Source: Felis catus
Taxonomy: Eukaryota
Direction of reading: 5' to 3'
DNA: 64,000 nt
NCBI RefSeq assembly: GCF_018350175.1
Contig: NC_058368.1
Coordinates: 140,866,001-140,930,000, forward strand
Shown here piece by piece: positions 36,560 to 49,163 of this stretch. Both the position numbers and the translations under genes were made by a program. Numbering within the stretch: position 1 is the first letter of the stretch; each line of letters begins with the position of its first letter. The notes beneath the pieces are model-generated. The model had not been told where the DNA came from. It saw only the letters and a list, made by a program, of their open reading frames with translations, and made no database searches.

Positions 36560-38485
36560 GTGAGATGTGTCTTTGATTATTACTTATGAGCCTATCAAGA
36601 TTCCTTAAATAAAACCTGATACCTCCTTAAATAAAACATCCCATGTTTTTTATACATGGGAAGGCAGGTTCCACCTAGAAAGCTTCCATTTTGTACATTG
36701 AGCCAATGTGAGGATTTTACATTTGAGCATATGTATGGTTATAGTGAATGCATTATCAAAATATCGGACACTGGAAAAGAAACCTCTGAAGGAACACAGG
36801 TGCATGTTTAAGGTTGGCCCTGAGTAAGACCATGAAAAAGACAAAGCTTTTTTTGTTCCGTGCTCTTTCCGCCTTCCTGAAAGTCGGTGCTTTTGTCCTC
36901 TGGATACCAAAGAGTTTACTAACTGAAAACTATAGTTCAAATAGATATGCCATCAGTTCGTTACAATATAATAATATAGTAATATCCAAATAAATTTCCT
37001 AAATATATGTGTATGTGTGTATTACTCGTAGCACACAAATTAAAAAGTGATATTCTTTATCAGAAATTCTCAGAACTGCTGAATGTCCCCAACTTCTAGG
37101 AGCAAAACCAGCTTCTGAAAGACTACTGCAAAAACAGAAATACATTCTAAAATCTAGAAGTGGTCACTGGGAATAAAAGACCAGGCCAGTGCACAGGATG
37201 CCCAACAGAACCAGATATTCTTTGCTAGGGATCAGTGAAGATTTTCCATTTGATTCTGCCCAGGTATGGTGAGGGTGGCTGGAAATTGCAGGCTTAGACC
37301 ATCAGTACATGTAGCTTTTCTTGCCTCTTACTGTGTTCTCTGAGGCACTGGATCCTTCCATGCAGCAGGGCACCTGTGAGGAGATTCATTTGCACTAGGT
37401 AAGAAGAGTAGATTAAGGTCTAAAGACTACTCTTGCCTTAAAATGTAGGTAATTGAAGCCAGAGTAATTTTGGTATAGTTATGTCCAGTAATAAGCAAAT
37501 ACGATGCACATTAACAAAGGAAACAGAGCATGTTATATATATTAAAGTTTAGAGTAATATCAGAAAAAGAATGACCTTTCAAATAATTTAAAGCAAATTA
37601 AATTTGGACTCCTCACAGAAGCTTAACCTAGACTCCCTGGTGCTTATATAAAAGAAACATAGGTTTTATATTTATTATGTATCTAAATTGGCTTTTACCT
37701 CAGTAAGTATCTAGCTGTTTTACTTCATTTGAACCCAGGCACAGGCTTGTGAAGTACCTGTTATGCAATGATAATGTTCATGTTTCTCAGAATGCTATAG
37801 GTCTTATAGAGACAAAGTGGGGGGGGGGGGGAGATGGACAAAATTAAAATAGCAGAAAAAAACCATCGTAGGGCACATAAATCTTGCCTCAGGGATCAGC
37901 TTGACAGTGGAGAAATGAAAGAAATTTTAGATAAAAATATGTGAGTTTCAATATACACTTGTTTGGTCATATCCGCACTAGAAGATAGACATAAACGTTG
38001 CCAGATGCTTATACAAATAATAATAAGATTGGATTTAAGAGAAGTAAGGATATCAAAAGCCATTCCATGTAAGAAGCACAGAAAAAAATGAGACTGAAAA
38101 GGTGCAGGTAAATGATAGAGCAAACACAAGTATATTCATGTGTATCTAAACTATGCAAATTATTTTTGTTGATATGTAAAATAGAGTTATTATCTAGGCT
38201 CAGAAAATAATTAGCAGGTGATTTTTTTTAGTCTATGTAATGTTCATCGGTGCACTGTGTCCTCTAGCCATGTCCACTAACTGCCACTTGCATCCTCAGA
38301 ACTATGACAACCAAAAACTACACCTGCAAATTCCCAACCTGTCCCTAGAGGGCGGTACTGCCCCTGCTGAGAACACTAAGCTAGAGCAGAGGTGCATGGT
38401 AGACAGATTGCCTTCACTGCATTTACCGCAGAAGCCTCGAAGGTAGGAGAATTGTGAAAAATGCAAAGAGACGTCTTATTGCTTC

Positions 38486-38913
38486 TGTTAAATAACAAAA
38501 ATTCAACTGAGTAGATTTGAAAGATCTCATTGGCTTTACGAAATAATTCATGAATCGGGGAGCATTCCATCTAGCAAGTAGAGGGGTCCCCAAGGCATTG
38601 TACAAAATGGAAGGTTTTTATAGAAGGGTAGGACAAGAAATTTGGCAAGAGAAAAGGATTGTTCCAGGCAGGTCACTTTCCCTGAGGGGGAAAAGCAAGG
38701 TGTCTTATCCTGCAGATTACCTCATCTTCCTTCGGGGGGATGGAGAGGGCCCCTGTGGCAGATTCCTTGACGTTGATGGAAGAATTCCTGACTGACTGGT
38801 TAAGGCTATTTTTCTAGGGGAGGTTGAAATTACAATTAAATTAAATATTCAGCCCCAGTTTGGGACCTTGGTCTCAGGGACGCCATTTCGGGCCTGCAAT
38901 TTTCTTTTTAACT
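38486..38913 (-). mobile_element. Solo ERV LTR in CRHBP intron 6, antisense
   Basis: Inverted ends TGTTAAA..TTTAAC(T); imperfect 4-bp flanks CTTC/CCTC; minus-strand CTATAAAAA at ~38615-38623. Confidence 0.6.
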
Positions 38914-39194
38914 CCTCTTTCCAGCCAGTTTTATTTGGCTAACAGTGGTTTTTTTTTTTTTTTTTTTTTTGCCCATGAGGAGAACTGAGTTCAATTTCAG
39001 TATCCTACGATTAATTATATATTATAATAACAATGAAAACAAAACGTTTCACCTGATGGCAGGTGCATGGTTTAAGTATGTGAGAGGAAGATGCATCCCC
39101 CTGCTTTCTTTGTGTTTAAATGATCTTATCGACAGGAACGGTTTATGTGGTTTCTAACCTGCAGGGAACCTTTTGCTTTTTCCATGAATTATAG

Positions 39195-39352
39195 CCCAGA
39201 TGAAAATTGGCTGTGACAACACGGTGGTGCGCATGGTCTCTAGCGGAAAGCACGTAAATCGTGTGACTTTTGAGTACCGCCAGCTGGAACCATACGAACT
39301 GGAAAACCCAAATGGAAACAGTATCCAAGAAATCTGTTTGTCTACTCTTTGA
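39195..39352 (+). CDS. CRHBP: CRHBP exon 7 coding part, 158 nt including TGA
   Basis: Acceptor GAATTATAG; (A)QMKIGCDNTVVRMVSSGKHVNRVTFEYRQLEPYELENPNGNSIQEICLSTL*; joined CDS 966 nt, no frameshift. Confidence 0.97.
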
Positions 39353-39934
39353 ATAACCAACCCCATGATTTACATGCTGCTAGCTAAGTGAGTTTTTAAT
39401 GGCTGTTATATGTGATTTTGATGACCAGCAAGGTAAGAGCCTTTCGAATCAGTCAGTATTCCCAGGCTTGGACACACATTACACATACACACACACATAT
39501 GTAGACACACACGTGGGCGTGCAAGCGTGCATTTATTTTTGTACCTTGCTTCTTTTTCATTTGTAATGTATAGACGACCACATGGCAGCAGATAAACCCT
39601 CCTTTGCCTTTGGTAGGAAAACAGTTTTCTATAATTCTTTGGTATGCTACAAACCTGCCCTGATAAGGCAAGTGCAGAGCAATGGGCACTAAAAAATTGC
39701 ATCTCAAGGGAAAATACGACAAAGAAATTAAAATGGCGGTGTTCAGATTCGTCTTAGAACAGAAAGCAATTAAATGTCTGTATACCAAAGTAGTTGTATC
39801 TGTGTATTTTCTGTATATTATTCTGTTTACAATAGATAGTAGTCGTAGCTGTTGTTTATTGATTTGTAATGTCTTGTTGCTAACAAAACTCTGGAGCATG
39901 GAAAAAAAATTTTCCATCCACAAATACAAACATG

Positions 39935-39940
39935 AATAAA
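39935..39940 (+). terminator. CRHBP: Probable CRHBP polyadenylation signal
   Basis: AATAAA ~580 nt after the stop, followed by GT/T-rich ATTGTGCTTTGTTTT. Confidence 0.7.
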
Positions 39941-40246
39941 TACATCAGAATGTTGGCGCCTTGACATTGTGCTTTGTTTTCCTGAGTAGTCCCCTCCCTT
40001 ATTACCATCAGAAAATAGTGTTCTCGTGTGATGCAGAACCAAACGCTGAGCTAAATCATGTTATGCGTCTTCATGCTGGTAGAACTGTGGGCCTCCACAG
40101 CAGAATGATTTAGAGCAGAAGGCAGAACCGCAGTGTTTGCACAAACAGCGCTAACTGGTCCTCGTAGGGAAGCAGGGTGCAGAAACCCCTTTCTACTGTC
40201 CAAGAAGACTGAGAATACATGTTTTTGTCACAATGGGGTGTACTTC

Positions 40247-40481
40247 TTTTTTTTTTAATTTTTTTTATTAGTTTTCTTTATTTTTGAGAGGCAGAGAGAG
40301 ACATAGAGCATGTGGGGGAGGGGCAGAGAGAGAGAGAGAGAAACACACACAGAATCAGAAGCAGGGTCCAGGCTCTGAGCTGTCAGCACAGAGCCCAATG
40401 TGGGGCCTGAACTCAACGAACCGTGAGATCATGACCTGAGCCGAAGTTGGACGCTCAACCGGCTGAGCCATCCAGGTGCCC
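40247..40481 (-). mobile_element. Can-SINE
   Basis: TSD CAATG(G/A)GGT(G/A)TACTTCTT. Confidence 0.9.
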
Positions 40482-40786
40482 GCCAATGAGGTATACTTCT
40501 TAACAAGGACAGCAAGGGCCTTACAGCTCTCATAGATGTTTGCAGAAATCTTAGGCCTTCTTTGGTACCGAGGGCAATTTACTGTTGACTTAAGACTTGT
40601 CCATCTTTGGCTAGGGACTAAGCATGTGGCCTGTAAAAGACAGGAGGATGGGGCCAAAACTGAGGTCCTGAGCAAAAAAGGAAATACTCCTAAGTGAACT
40701 CTTTACTTTGAATTAATGGATAGAAGCTGCAAGCAATACCATAATTAATGGCCTGATTATGATTCCCAAAACATACATTCTTAAAT

Positions 40787-41220
40787 TTTTTTAAAAATTT
40801 TTTTTTAATGTTTATTTATTTTTGAGACAGAGACAGAGCATGAATGGGGGAGGGTCAGAGAGAGGGAGACACAGAATCTGAAACAGAGCTACCAGGCTCT
40901 GAGCTGGTAGCACAGAGTCCGACGCGGGGCTCGAACTCACGGACCGCGAGATCATGACCTGAGCCGAAGTCGGACGCTTAACTGACTGAGCCACCCAGGC
41001 GCCCCAAATTTTTTTAATGTTTATTTATTTTTGAGAGAGAGAGAGAGACAGAGCGTGAGTGGGGGAGGAGCAGAGAGAGAGGGAGATACAGAATCTGAAG
41101 CAGGCTCCAGGCCCCAAGCTGTCAGCACAGAGCTCGACATGGGGCTCGAACTCTTGAACTGTGAGATCATGACCTGAGCTGAAGTCAGACACTTAACCGA
41201 CTGAGCCACCCAGGCGCCCC
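40787..41220 (-). mobile_element. Two tandem Can-SINEs (junction ~41005)
   Basis: Two complete bodies ending CCAGGCGCCCC at 41005 and 41220; the left copy appears inserted in the right copy's tail. Confidence 0.92.
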
Positions 41221-42210
41221 CTGAAATATCTTTAATATAAAGGTCATTTTATAATGAAATGTACTGGCATCCCATACACTGGGCTTGTTAACAAAATTTG
41301 AAAACCAAGCAGAAAGAAAACTACTGAATGAGGGTGCTAAAAACACCTAGGATTTAGCACAAATTTTGGCTCAGTAGATATTTTGGAATGAGTGACTACT
41401 TGAGCAAATGAATGAATTAATGCCCGAATTGATAAATGAGTGGATGGATGAATAAATGGTAGGAGAAAGACTGGCATGAGTGAATAAATGCCTGAATGGA
41501 TACAGTTCCTGGCTAGTTATATAACAAGACATCGGATTCCTTATTTCATAGACAAGAAATGCTATGAAGTTGAACCCTTTTCTTTTTCACGGATCCTTTA
41601 GCAACATAAGAATGAATGTAGTCACATCACTGCTTACAGTTTCTGGCTTTTAATTCTTACGATCCCCTTACGCTGAGTACAGAAAATGGTCTGAGGTAAG
41701 GAGGCAAGTATTTTACATGGAACTTTGGACAACCTGCTTTTATTCCTCAGGGACAGTTTTCAAGCTACTCAACCTCGCTGCCCTAAAATGGGTGGACTGT
41801 GTGTGGCCCTTCTAACCCTGACAATCTGCATTCATTCATTTGTGGCATATTTTACTTCCAAGCTTATCACTGCGACAGAGCACACATTTTTTGAGAGGAC
41901 AGCCCCTCCAGTGAACTGCCCAAGACATTCTTTGGATATCCATGACTTAGTCTGCATTCCAAAAGGATGGGGCAGTTTTCTGGAAACAAAATGGTAGGTG
42001 AAATCTCTGGGAGAGAGTTACATGGTGTGTCCTCACTGGCACCTTCACTAAGTGAGTAAATGTTATCTGAAATTCTGGCCAAATTTGATGATCTGGGAAA
42101 GGCAGTATGCACAGTGGTTAAGGTCATTGACTCTGGAGGCAGACTTCTTAGAATCCCAGCTCTGCCATTTACTTGAGCAAGTTACATATAAGGCTCACTG
42201 CTCAGTTATC

Positions 42211-42438
42211 TTTTTATTTTTTTAATGTTTATTTATTTTTGAGAAAGAGAGAGAGAGAGAGAGAGACAGAGAACGAGTGGGGGAGGGACAGACAGGGAGG
42301 GAGACACAGAATTCGAAGCAGGATCCAGGGTCTGAGCTGTCAGCACAGAGCCCGACATGGGGCTCGAACCCACGAACCGTGAGATCATGACCTTAGTCAA
42401 AGTCAGACGCTTAACCGACTGAGCCACCCAAGCGCCCC
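42211..42438 (-). mobile_element. Can-SINE nested in a MIR (~42090-42570)
   Basis: TSD CTCACTGCTCAGTT; MIR motifs GAATCCCAGCTCTGCCATTTACT and ATCTGTAAAATTGGGGTAATAA flank it. Confidence 0.88.
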
Positions 42439-43623
42439 TCACTGCTCAGTTTTTAATCTGTAAAATTGGGGTAATAAAGGTACCTCCTTCCAATAAACAT
42501 TTTTGTAAAGATTAAGTGGCTAAATGTATTTAAAGCCCAAGAACTAGGTCTTACACATGTTAGCTGCTACTTTTATTATTTATTACTTATAAGCAAATAT
42601 GCCACCCTGGGTCCTCTATACTCTACGAGAGGTATTGGCTCTGTTCTCTGAAGGGTTTGTGCTGATTCATTGCCCTTTTTCATCCCAAAACATTTGTGAG
42701 GAAACTAGGTTTAATTTGGGTTATTGTCTGTGACTGGGAAGCAGAGTATAAAGTTACTGGTAACATTTGAGGGTGGATCATGTCAGGCCTTAACAGGTTC
42801 CCTTGTGTTTCTCCTTATAGTTGACCCCTGTCTGTAGGTTCTGGTCGTGAAGGAGTCACCTCACAAATAATCTGTCTTGACTCTACCTTTGTGTAAGCCC
42901 TCATCTCTGTGGTGTAATCTTCCTGCTCCTGGTTATCTCACTCTAGGTCTTGCCAGAACCTCCTCTTAGCCTCCCCTCCTAGCCCTACCTCTTCCCCAAT
43001 ACTAATTAGGTGACTCAGGCTCTGATACTGATCACTGAATTCCCAAATTCCTCTTGCCTCCATGCTTGACATTCCGAGCATTTGTTCTCCTAAGTTTTAC
43101 TTCCGCTGAGCCTGTCCTAACCTCTGGACACTTTTCTACCTCCTGCCTTTTTTGCCTACTGTTGTTGGGATACATTGGTCGCCAATGACAATGGACTTTC
43201 AACCAGTATCTAAAGCAGCATATCTTCTTCACCTCCAACCTCTTCCTGGTACTGTTGCTTCATTTAAGAGAGGGCAGAAATGCTGTGTGTTCACCAAAAC
43301 TCACCACAAGTTTCTTCTACCCCCTAAATATACAGCTAGGCCATATTTCCCAGTCTCCCTTATAGTTAGGTTTGGTCATGGGGCTGAATTTTGCTTGAAG
43401 GAACGTGGGTAAAAATTATGTCCAATCCTCATGAGATCCTCTATGCCCTCTCTCTCCTCCGCTACCTCCTAGCAAGATAGCAAGATTCTAACAGAGGGAT
43501 CCAAGACTATACAAGAAGACAGAGCCATAGGATGCAAGGACCCCGGATTTCTGAGTGACCACGTGGAAGGCTGCCTATTGACCAGGAATTGGACTTGGTG
43601 TGAATGAGAAGTTAATTTTTATT

Positions 43624-43675
43624 TTTTGTTTTTTATTTTTATTTTTTTTAATATATGAAATTTATTGTCAAATTG
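43624..43675 (-). mobile_element. Ultra-short L1 3'-terminal insertion
   Basis: Minus strand CAATTTGACAATAAATTTCATATATT plus A tail; 18-bp TSD GAGAAGTTAATTTTTATT at 43606-43623 and 43676-43693. Confidence 0.75.
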
Positions 43676-43706
43676 GAGAAGTTAATTTTTATTATGTTAA
43701 GTTACT

Positions 43707-43738
43707 GTGATGATGATGATGACGACGATGATGATGAT
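43707..43738. repeat. (GAT/GAC)n trinucleotide repeat
   Basis: GATGATGATGATGACGACGATGATGATGAT. Confidence 0.9.
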
Positions 43739-44264
43739 TTGGGTATAGCATTGAGCGTTCCCATAGTTCACACAAGGGGCTTGCCTCAATGTAACTCTCA
43801 GCTCTTCTCTAATTTTCCTGTCAGATTTTGTTGCAACTCTCCAGACAGACCTCATCTCATTGTCTTCCAGAGAAAAAGACCTTGAATGCACATCCTTGAT
43901 CTCATAAACACCAACATTTAACTGAAACGTATCTAACTGTATCGAACTTTTCCATATTCCTTAAAGAATCTTCTAAGAACACTGATTCTCAGATTTGAAA
44001 ATTGGAAAATTTGACAGAAACTACAGAACATTTCCTAGGGAAAAAGGCCCAATATACATAAGAACACACCTAAATTTCTGAGAATTTACGGGACCCTGAA
44101 GCCCATCCAAAGTTTCAGGATAAGAAAGAATCCCTGCTTCAAGAGTAAATAATGCATGAAAGTAATTTCTAAACCAGTCTTCTCAAACCGGACTGCCCTC
44201 TCTTCAATATAAGTTAAAAACATTCATTGGTTAATCCAGGTGGAAAATAAGTCCATAATGGCAC

Positions 44265-44400
44265 CTTAATGTTTCCAAAGCAGTCTCCAGGCTCCGAGCT
44301 GCCACCACAGAGCCTGACTTGGTGCTCAAACCCCCCGACCATGAAATCATGACCTGAGCCCAATTCGGATGCTTAACCGACTGAGCCACCCAAGCGCCCC
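44265..44400 (-). mobile_element. Can-SINE with internal deletion of the CT tract
   Basis: TTAATGTTT joined directly to CCAAAGCAG..; head ends GCCACCCAAGCGCCCC. Confidence 0.75.
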
Positions 44401-45155
44401 TTGTATTTGACTTTCTAATTTTGCCTTTTACTACATGAGTTTTTTTATGCCCTCTACGTAGTTTTTTCTCAGGGAGGAAATACATTTGACACAGGACAAT
44501 TTTTTGTAACAAAGATTGTTCCAGAGTCTTTTCTCTCAACTTCAATTTTTCTTTTCTTGCTATTTTAATAGGTGGGCGGTGTTGCCAGAGTTTGCCTGCA
44601 AAGTGGAATCTTTGTGAAAGAAAAATAAAGATTTGATGGACAAGATTTATTGGTAAGCAGTTTGTGTGCTTAACAACACCTGATAGAGAATTGTGGCTAG
44701 GAGTGCCTGTTATAAGATAATCACATGAAATTATATCTGAATACACTCTTATCTGTTCAGTGTAGTATTTCAGAAGAGAGCTATGCCTTTGTATGTTCAA
44801 ATAAGCAGATTGAATGGCTTCAGTTCTAATGGGTCATTTGTCATGATTACCACCCATATATCTCTTTGCATTTAAATGTTTTTTCTTTGTGTGCTAAGAC
44901 AAACAATGCAGAAGCAGAGAGGCAAAAGAGGAAATACCAGTAAGAGAAAGAAGGCTTGATTTGAGCGTTTGAAAACATCATGAAAACCGAGGTCTCCAAA
45001 TTGGACTCTGAGCTTTGTTTTTAGTAGCAACAGTGTATTCAGTGCCTCTGCAGCTGAAAAAAAAATTGAAAATGAGAAGTGTTTTGTGCTGTAAGGGGAA
45101 GACATAAAGTCACTACTAGGACATACAGCTGGATAGGCTAGAGAGAACCTCCATC

Positions 45156-45382
45156 TTTTTTTTTTTTTAATTTTTTTTAACGTTTATTTATTTTTGAGAC
45201 AGAGACAGAGCACGAACGGGGGAGGGGCAGAGAGAGAGGGAGACACAGAATTGGAAGCAGGCTCCAGGCTCTGAGCCATCAGCCCAGAGTCGGACGCGGG
45301 GGCTCGAACTCACGGACCGTGAGATCGTGACCTGAGCTGAAGTCGGACTCTTAACCGACTGAGCCACCCAGGCCCCCCCCCC
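45156..45382 (-). mobile_element. Young SINEC_Fc-type element
   Basis: Perfect TSD AGAACCTCCATCTTT; head end expanded to a C run. Confidence 0.93.
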
Positions 45383-45680
45383 CAGAACCTCCATCTTTGT
45401 AATTAGATGGGTTATTAGATACACGGCTTTTGTAGTAAGAAAATGGACCCCTCTCTGCTGACTTCCCTCCCCTCTCCAGGTTTATAAAGTTTAAGAAAGT
45501 GTGTCCTATGTTATAAATGGTTCGGATGTAATCAAGCGGGCTAAAGCACAAGCCCATATGACGGCTAACTATGTGGTATGATTGGAGGGACAGCAAAAGA
45601 CACACTTTACTGAGAAAATCACCAAAATTTGTACCCTTAAGATCCTTCTCCTTCTGTTCTTTAGGATGTGTTGTTGTTGT

Positions 45681-45903
45681 TTTTTTTAATTTTTTTTCAA
45701 CATTTTTTATTTATTTTTGGGACAGAGAGAGACAGAGCATGAATGGGGGAGGGGCAGAGAGAGAAGGAGACACAGAATCGGAAACAGGCTCCAGGCTCTG
45801 AGCCGTCAGCCCAGAGCCCGACTCGGGGCTCGAACTCACAGACCGTGAGATCATGACCTGGCTGAAGTCGGACGCTTAACCGACTGAGCCACCCAGGCGC
45901 CCC
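45681..45903 (-). mobile_element. Young SINEC_Fc-type element
   Basis: TSD TAGGATGTGTTGTT. Confidence 0.93.
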
Positions 45904-46810
45904 TAGGATGTGTTGTTAATTAAGCAAGTAATTCATGAGTTCTTTATTTCTTCAAAAGATTCAAACCATGTAGAGGTAATTAATGACATAACTTAAAGTT
46001 AGTAATGAATTTGACCGTGTAAGGTATTACTAAGCATTATATCATGACATAGAATTGGCAGGTAAGCTATGAAAAAAGGAGAGTGTGTGGCTGGGATTAA
46101 GAGTGTGAGATGCTGAGAGAAGGCGAAGGACTCAGATGGACGCCCCACTAAGGCTCTCGGGGAAAGCCAGCAAGGAACTGATGACACCACTAGCTGACTG
46201 AGAGTCTGTAGAGGGAAGCAAAAAAGAGCTTGCTGGGGAGTTGGAGGTGTTGTCAAAGACAAATTTAGTACACTTCCTTAGATTTGCCTACGACCAGCTC
46301 GGAGTGCAATCTTGCCTCTGTAGAACGGATGGACCAGAGACACAGCTTTAGAAACAAGTTCTAGTCTTATGAGTGCAGGCATTGGAACGGGGAGTGGGGG
46401 AAAGGAAGCCAGACTTAAGAACCAGACCTGAGGCCGAGTTCTAATTCAACCACTAATCACCCCCAGGCCCTCGAGCAAGTCAATTTCCCTCTCCTAGCGT
46501 CAGCTTCCTCACACGCAAAGTACAAACAGGAGCACCTACTTCTTTCATTAGATCGCTTCTCTAAGTGTCAAGCGGCGTTCTAGGCCCCTGGCTGACACTA
46601 TGAGTGTACCTTTCCCAGAAAAGTTGTTTATGAATTACGGCTTTGGTAATATAATTTCATCTCACGTGCTGTAAGCAAGTGTGCTATTTAAAGGAAATAA
46701 GAGGTGGGCCTTTTAAGTGATGAGAATTTATATGGTAAAAAGAAAACAGCTGATTGTTTTTGTAACATTAAATTGTTATACACATTTTTTTTCTTAGAAT
46801 GGCCTTCCTA

Positions 46811-47263
46811 GCACGCCTGGGTGGCTCAGTGAGTTCAGCATCTGACCTTTGCTTTGGGCTCATGATCTCACGGTTGTGAAATCAAGCGCCTGCATCACCC
46901 TGTCCCACACCCGCTGTGGAGCCTGCTTCAGATTCTCTTTCCCTCTCCCTCTGTCCCTCCACTGCTTATGGGCTCACTCTCCGCCTCTCGTCTCTCCGTC
47001 TCTCTCTCTCTCTCTGAAGAGAAGGGGGATACCTGGGTGGCTCCATCAATTAAGCGACCAACTCTTCTTATCAGCTTCGGTCATGATATCTGAGTTAGTG
47101 AGATGGAACCCCGCGCTGGGTTCTGTGCTGGCAGCACAGAGCCTGCTTAGGAATTTCCCTCTCCCTCTCTGCCTGCCTCCCCCCCACTTGTGTGCATGTT
47201 TGCTCACATGTGCACACACTCACTCTCTCTGTCAAAATTAATGACATTAAAAAAAAAAAAAAA
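46811..47263 (+). mobile_element. Two head-to-tail Can-SINE monomers within one TSD pair
   Basis: Heads at 46811 and 47024; TSD AGAATGGCCTTCCT at 46796-46809 and 47264-47277. Confidence 0.85.
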
Positions 47264-47920
47264 AGAATGGCCTTCCTGCTACAGTATTTACTCATCAATT
47301 TATTTAAATGGGATAGTTCATTTGCAGGGTTCATAAAGTTTGCCATCTGCTCAGTGAAAGCCAATCTTCCCCCCCCTGGGGGGGGGGGAACAAGGAATGA
47401 CAGCCCCCTGTCCTGTTCTTACTTATTAATAGGAATCTCTCCAATTCTTCCCTCTCTTGGCCTTCCTAGTGAAAAACAACTTGGTTACATTGAGTGCCCC
47501 TTAAGGGATATGGAGATGTCAACACCAGGGTAAAGGTAGGAAGGGGTGAGGTAGAGTATACCTTTCTATAAGGCTATAGGCTTAGAAACAAAACAAAGAA
47601 CAAAAAGACCTCTCTAAGATGGACAAGCATTAAGAAAATGTTTGGCTTTGTTATTAATTTTAAGTAATAACAAAAGCTAATATTTATATAATACTTAATA
47701 TGTACTTTGCACCCTTCTACAAACTTCCAACGAGTTAGAACATTTGAACCTATCTCCATTTTTGGATGGAGAAACTGAAGCAGAAAGAAATAAAAGTAAG
47801 TGGCCTCAAATCACATAGAAAGCAATAAAGTCAGAATTCAGATTCCGATGATCTGACATCAAAGCTTGACCACCATATTACTGCACCACTGTGCTCGAAA
47901 CTGTTACTAGAACAAAGTAT

Positions 47921-48138
47921 GGAGGCACCTGGGTGGCTCAGTCGGTTATGGGTCTAACTTCAGCTCAGGTCCTGATCTCCTGGTTCATGAGTTAGTGCCC
48001 CATGCGGAACTCTGTCCGAGCAGAGCCCACTTAGGATCCTCTATCCCCCTCTTCCTGTCCCTCCCCCACAGGCTCACATACTCTCTCGCCAAAATAAAAA
48101 AAATAAATAAATAAACATTAAATTAAAAAAAAAAAAAA
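47921..48138 (+). mobile_element. Can-SINE
   Basis: TSD AGAACAAAGT; long A tail. Confidence 0.88.
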
Positions 48139-48931
48139 GAACAAAGTCTGAGACACTGCTTTCACAGACAGTTTCTGCCCACATAGCAGTGACTTGGAAA
48201 ACTTTCTGGTCCTTATTCCTTTATTGAAACCCAGCGTTCAAAGTGATTTGAGGGCATTTGTCTGAAGATATTATAACTAATTAGTCCCAATTCCAATTCT
48301 CAGAGAAGCCAAATGGAACAGCTAATATTTTGTGTCAACTTGGCTAGGTCATGGTACCCTGATATCTGATCAAATACTTGTCAGGATGTAGCTGTGAAGG
48401 TATTTATTATATGAGATGAACATTTAAATCAGTAGACTTTGAGTAAAGCAGACAACTCTCCATACTGTGGTGGGCGTTGTCAAATCAGTTGAAGGTCCTA
48501 AGAGAAATAAGCTGGAGGTCCTCTGAGGAAGAGGGAACCTGTTGGTTCTGCTTTTCTGGAGAATGCCAACACACTAAATACTACTTTTTTCTCTTAAAAA
48601 TTTTCTCTTATACTCAAGCCATGATGTGCTGTAAGCAAAGCTGTTGCCAAATCACTTTGTCAATGAAGGGTCTGAAGTAATTATGTCTTTTCTTTCTCCA
48701 CATAGTCCCATGTGACTGGCCAGTCACAATCAAACTGACTTTCAAATACGGGAGCACAAAAGGGCAAAGGAATAGATGCCAACAGACTCATTAGCACCTT
48801 TCCCATATCACCCCGGTCTACTTACTTGAGAGGCAGATGTTGACAATGGCAAAGGCCAAAGTTCTCACCCAAATAAGCTATCTCGGAAAAGGAAATCCAA
48901 AATAATAATGGTTGTGAGATGCCTTATCCCA

Positions 48932-49163
48932 TTTTTTTAAAAACAACTTTTTTTAATGTTTATTTGTTTTTGAGAGAGAGAGACAGACAGACAGAGCACA
49001 AGTGGGGGAGGGGCAGAGAGAGAAGGAGACACAGAATCTGAAGCAGGCTCCAGGCTCCCACCTGTCAGCACAGAGCCTGACGTGAGGCTTGAACTCACAA
49101 ACCGCGAGATCATGACCCGAGCCAGAGTCAGACACTCAACTGACTGAGCCACCCAGGCGCCCC
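48932..49163 (-). mobile_element. Can-SINE
   Basis: Full body ending GAGCCACCCAGGCGCCCC. Confidence 0.9.
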
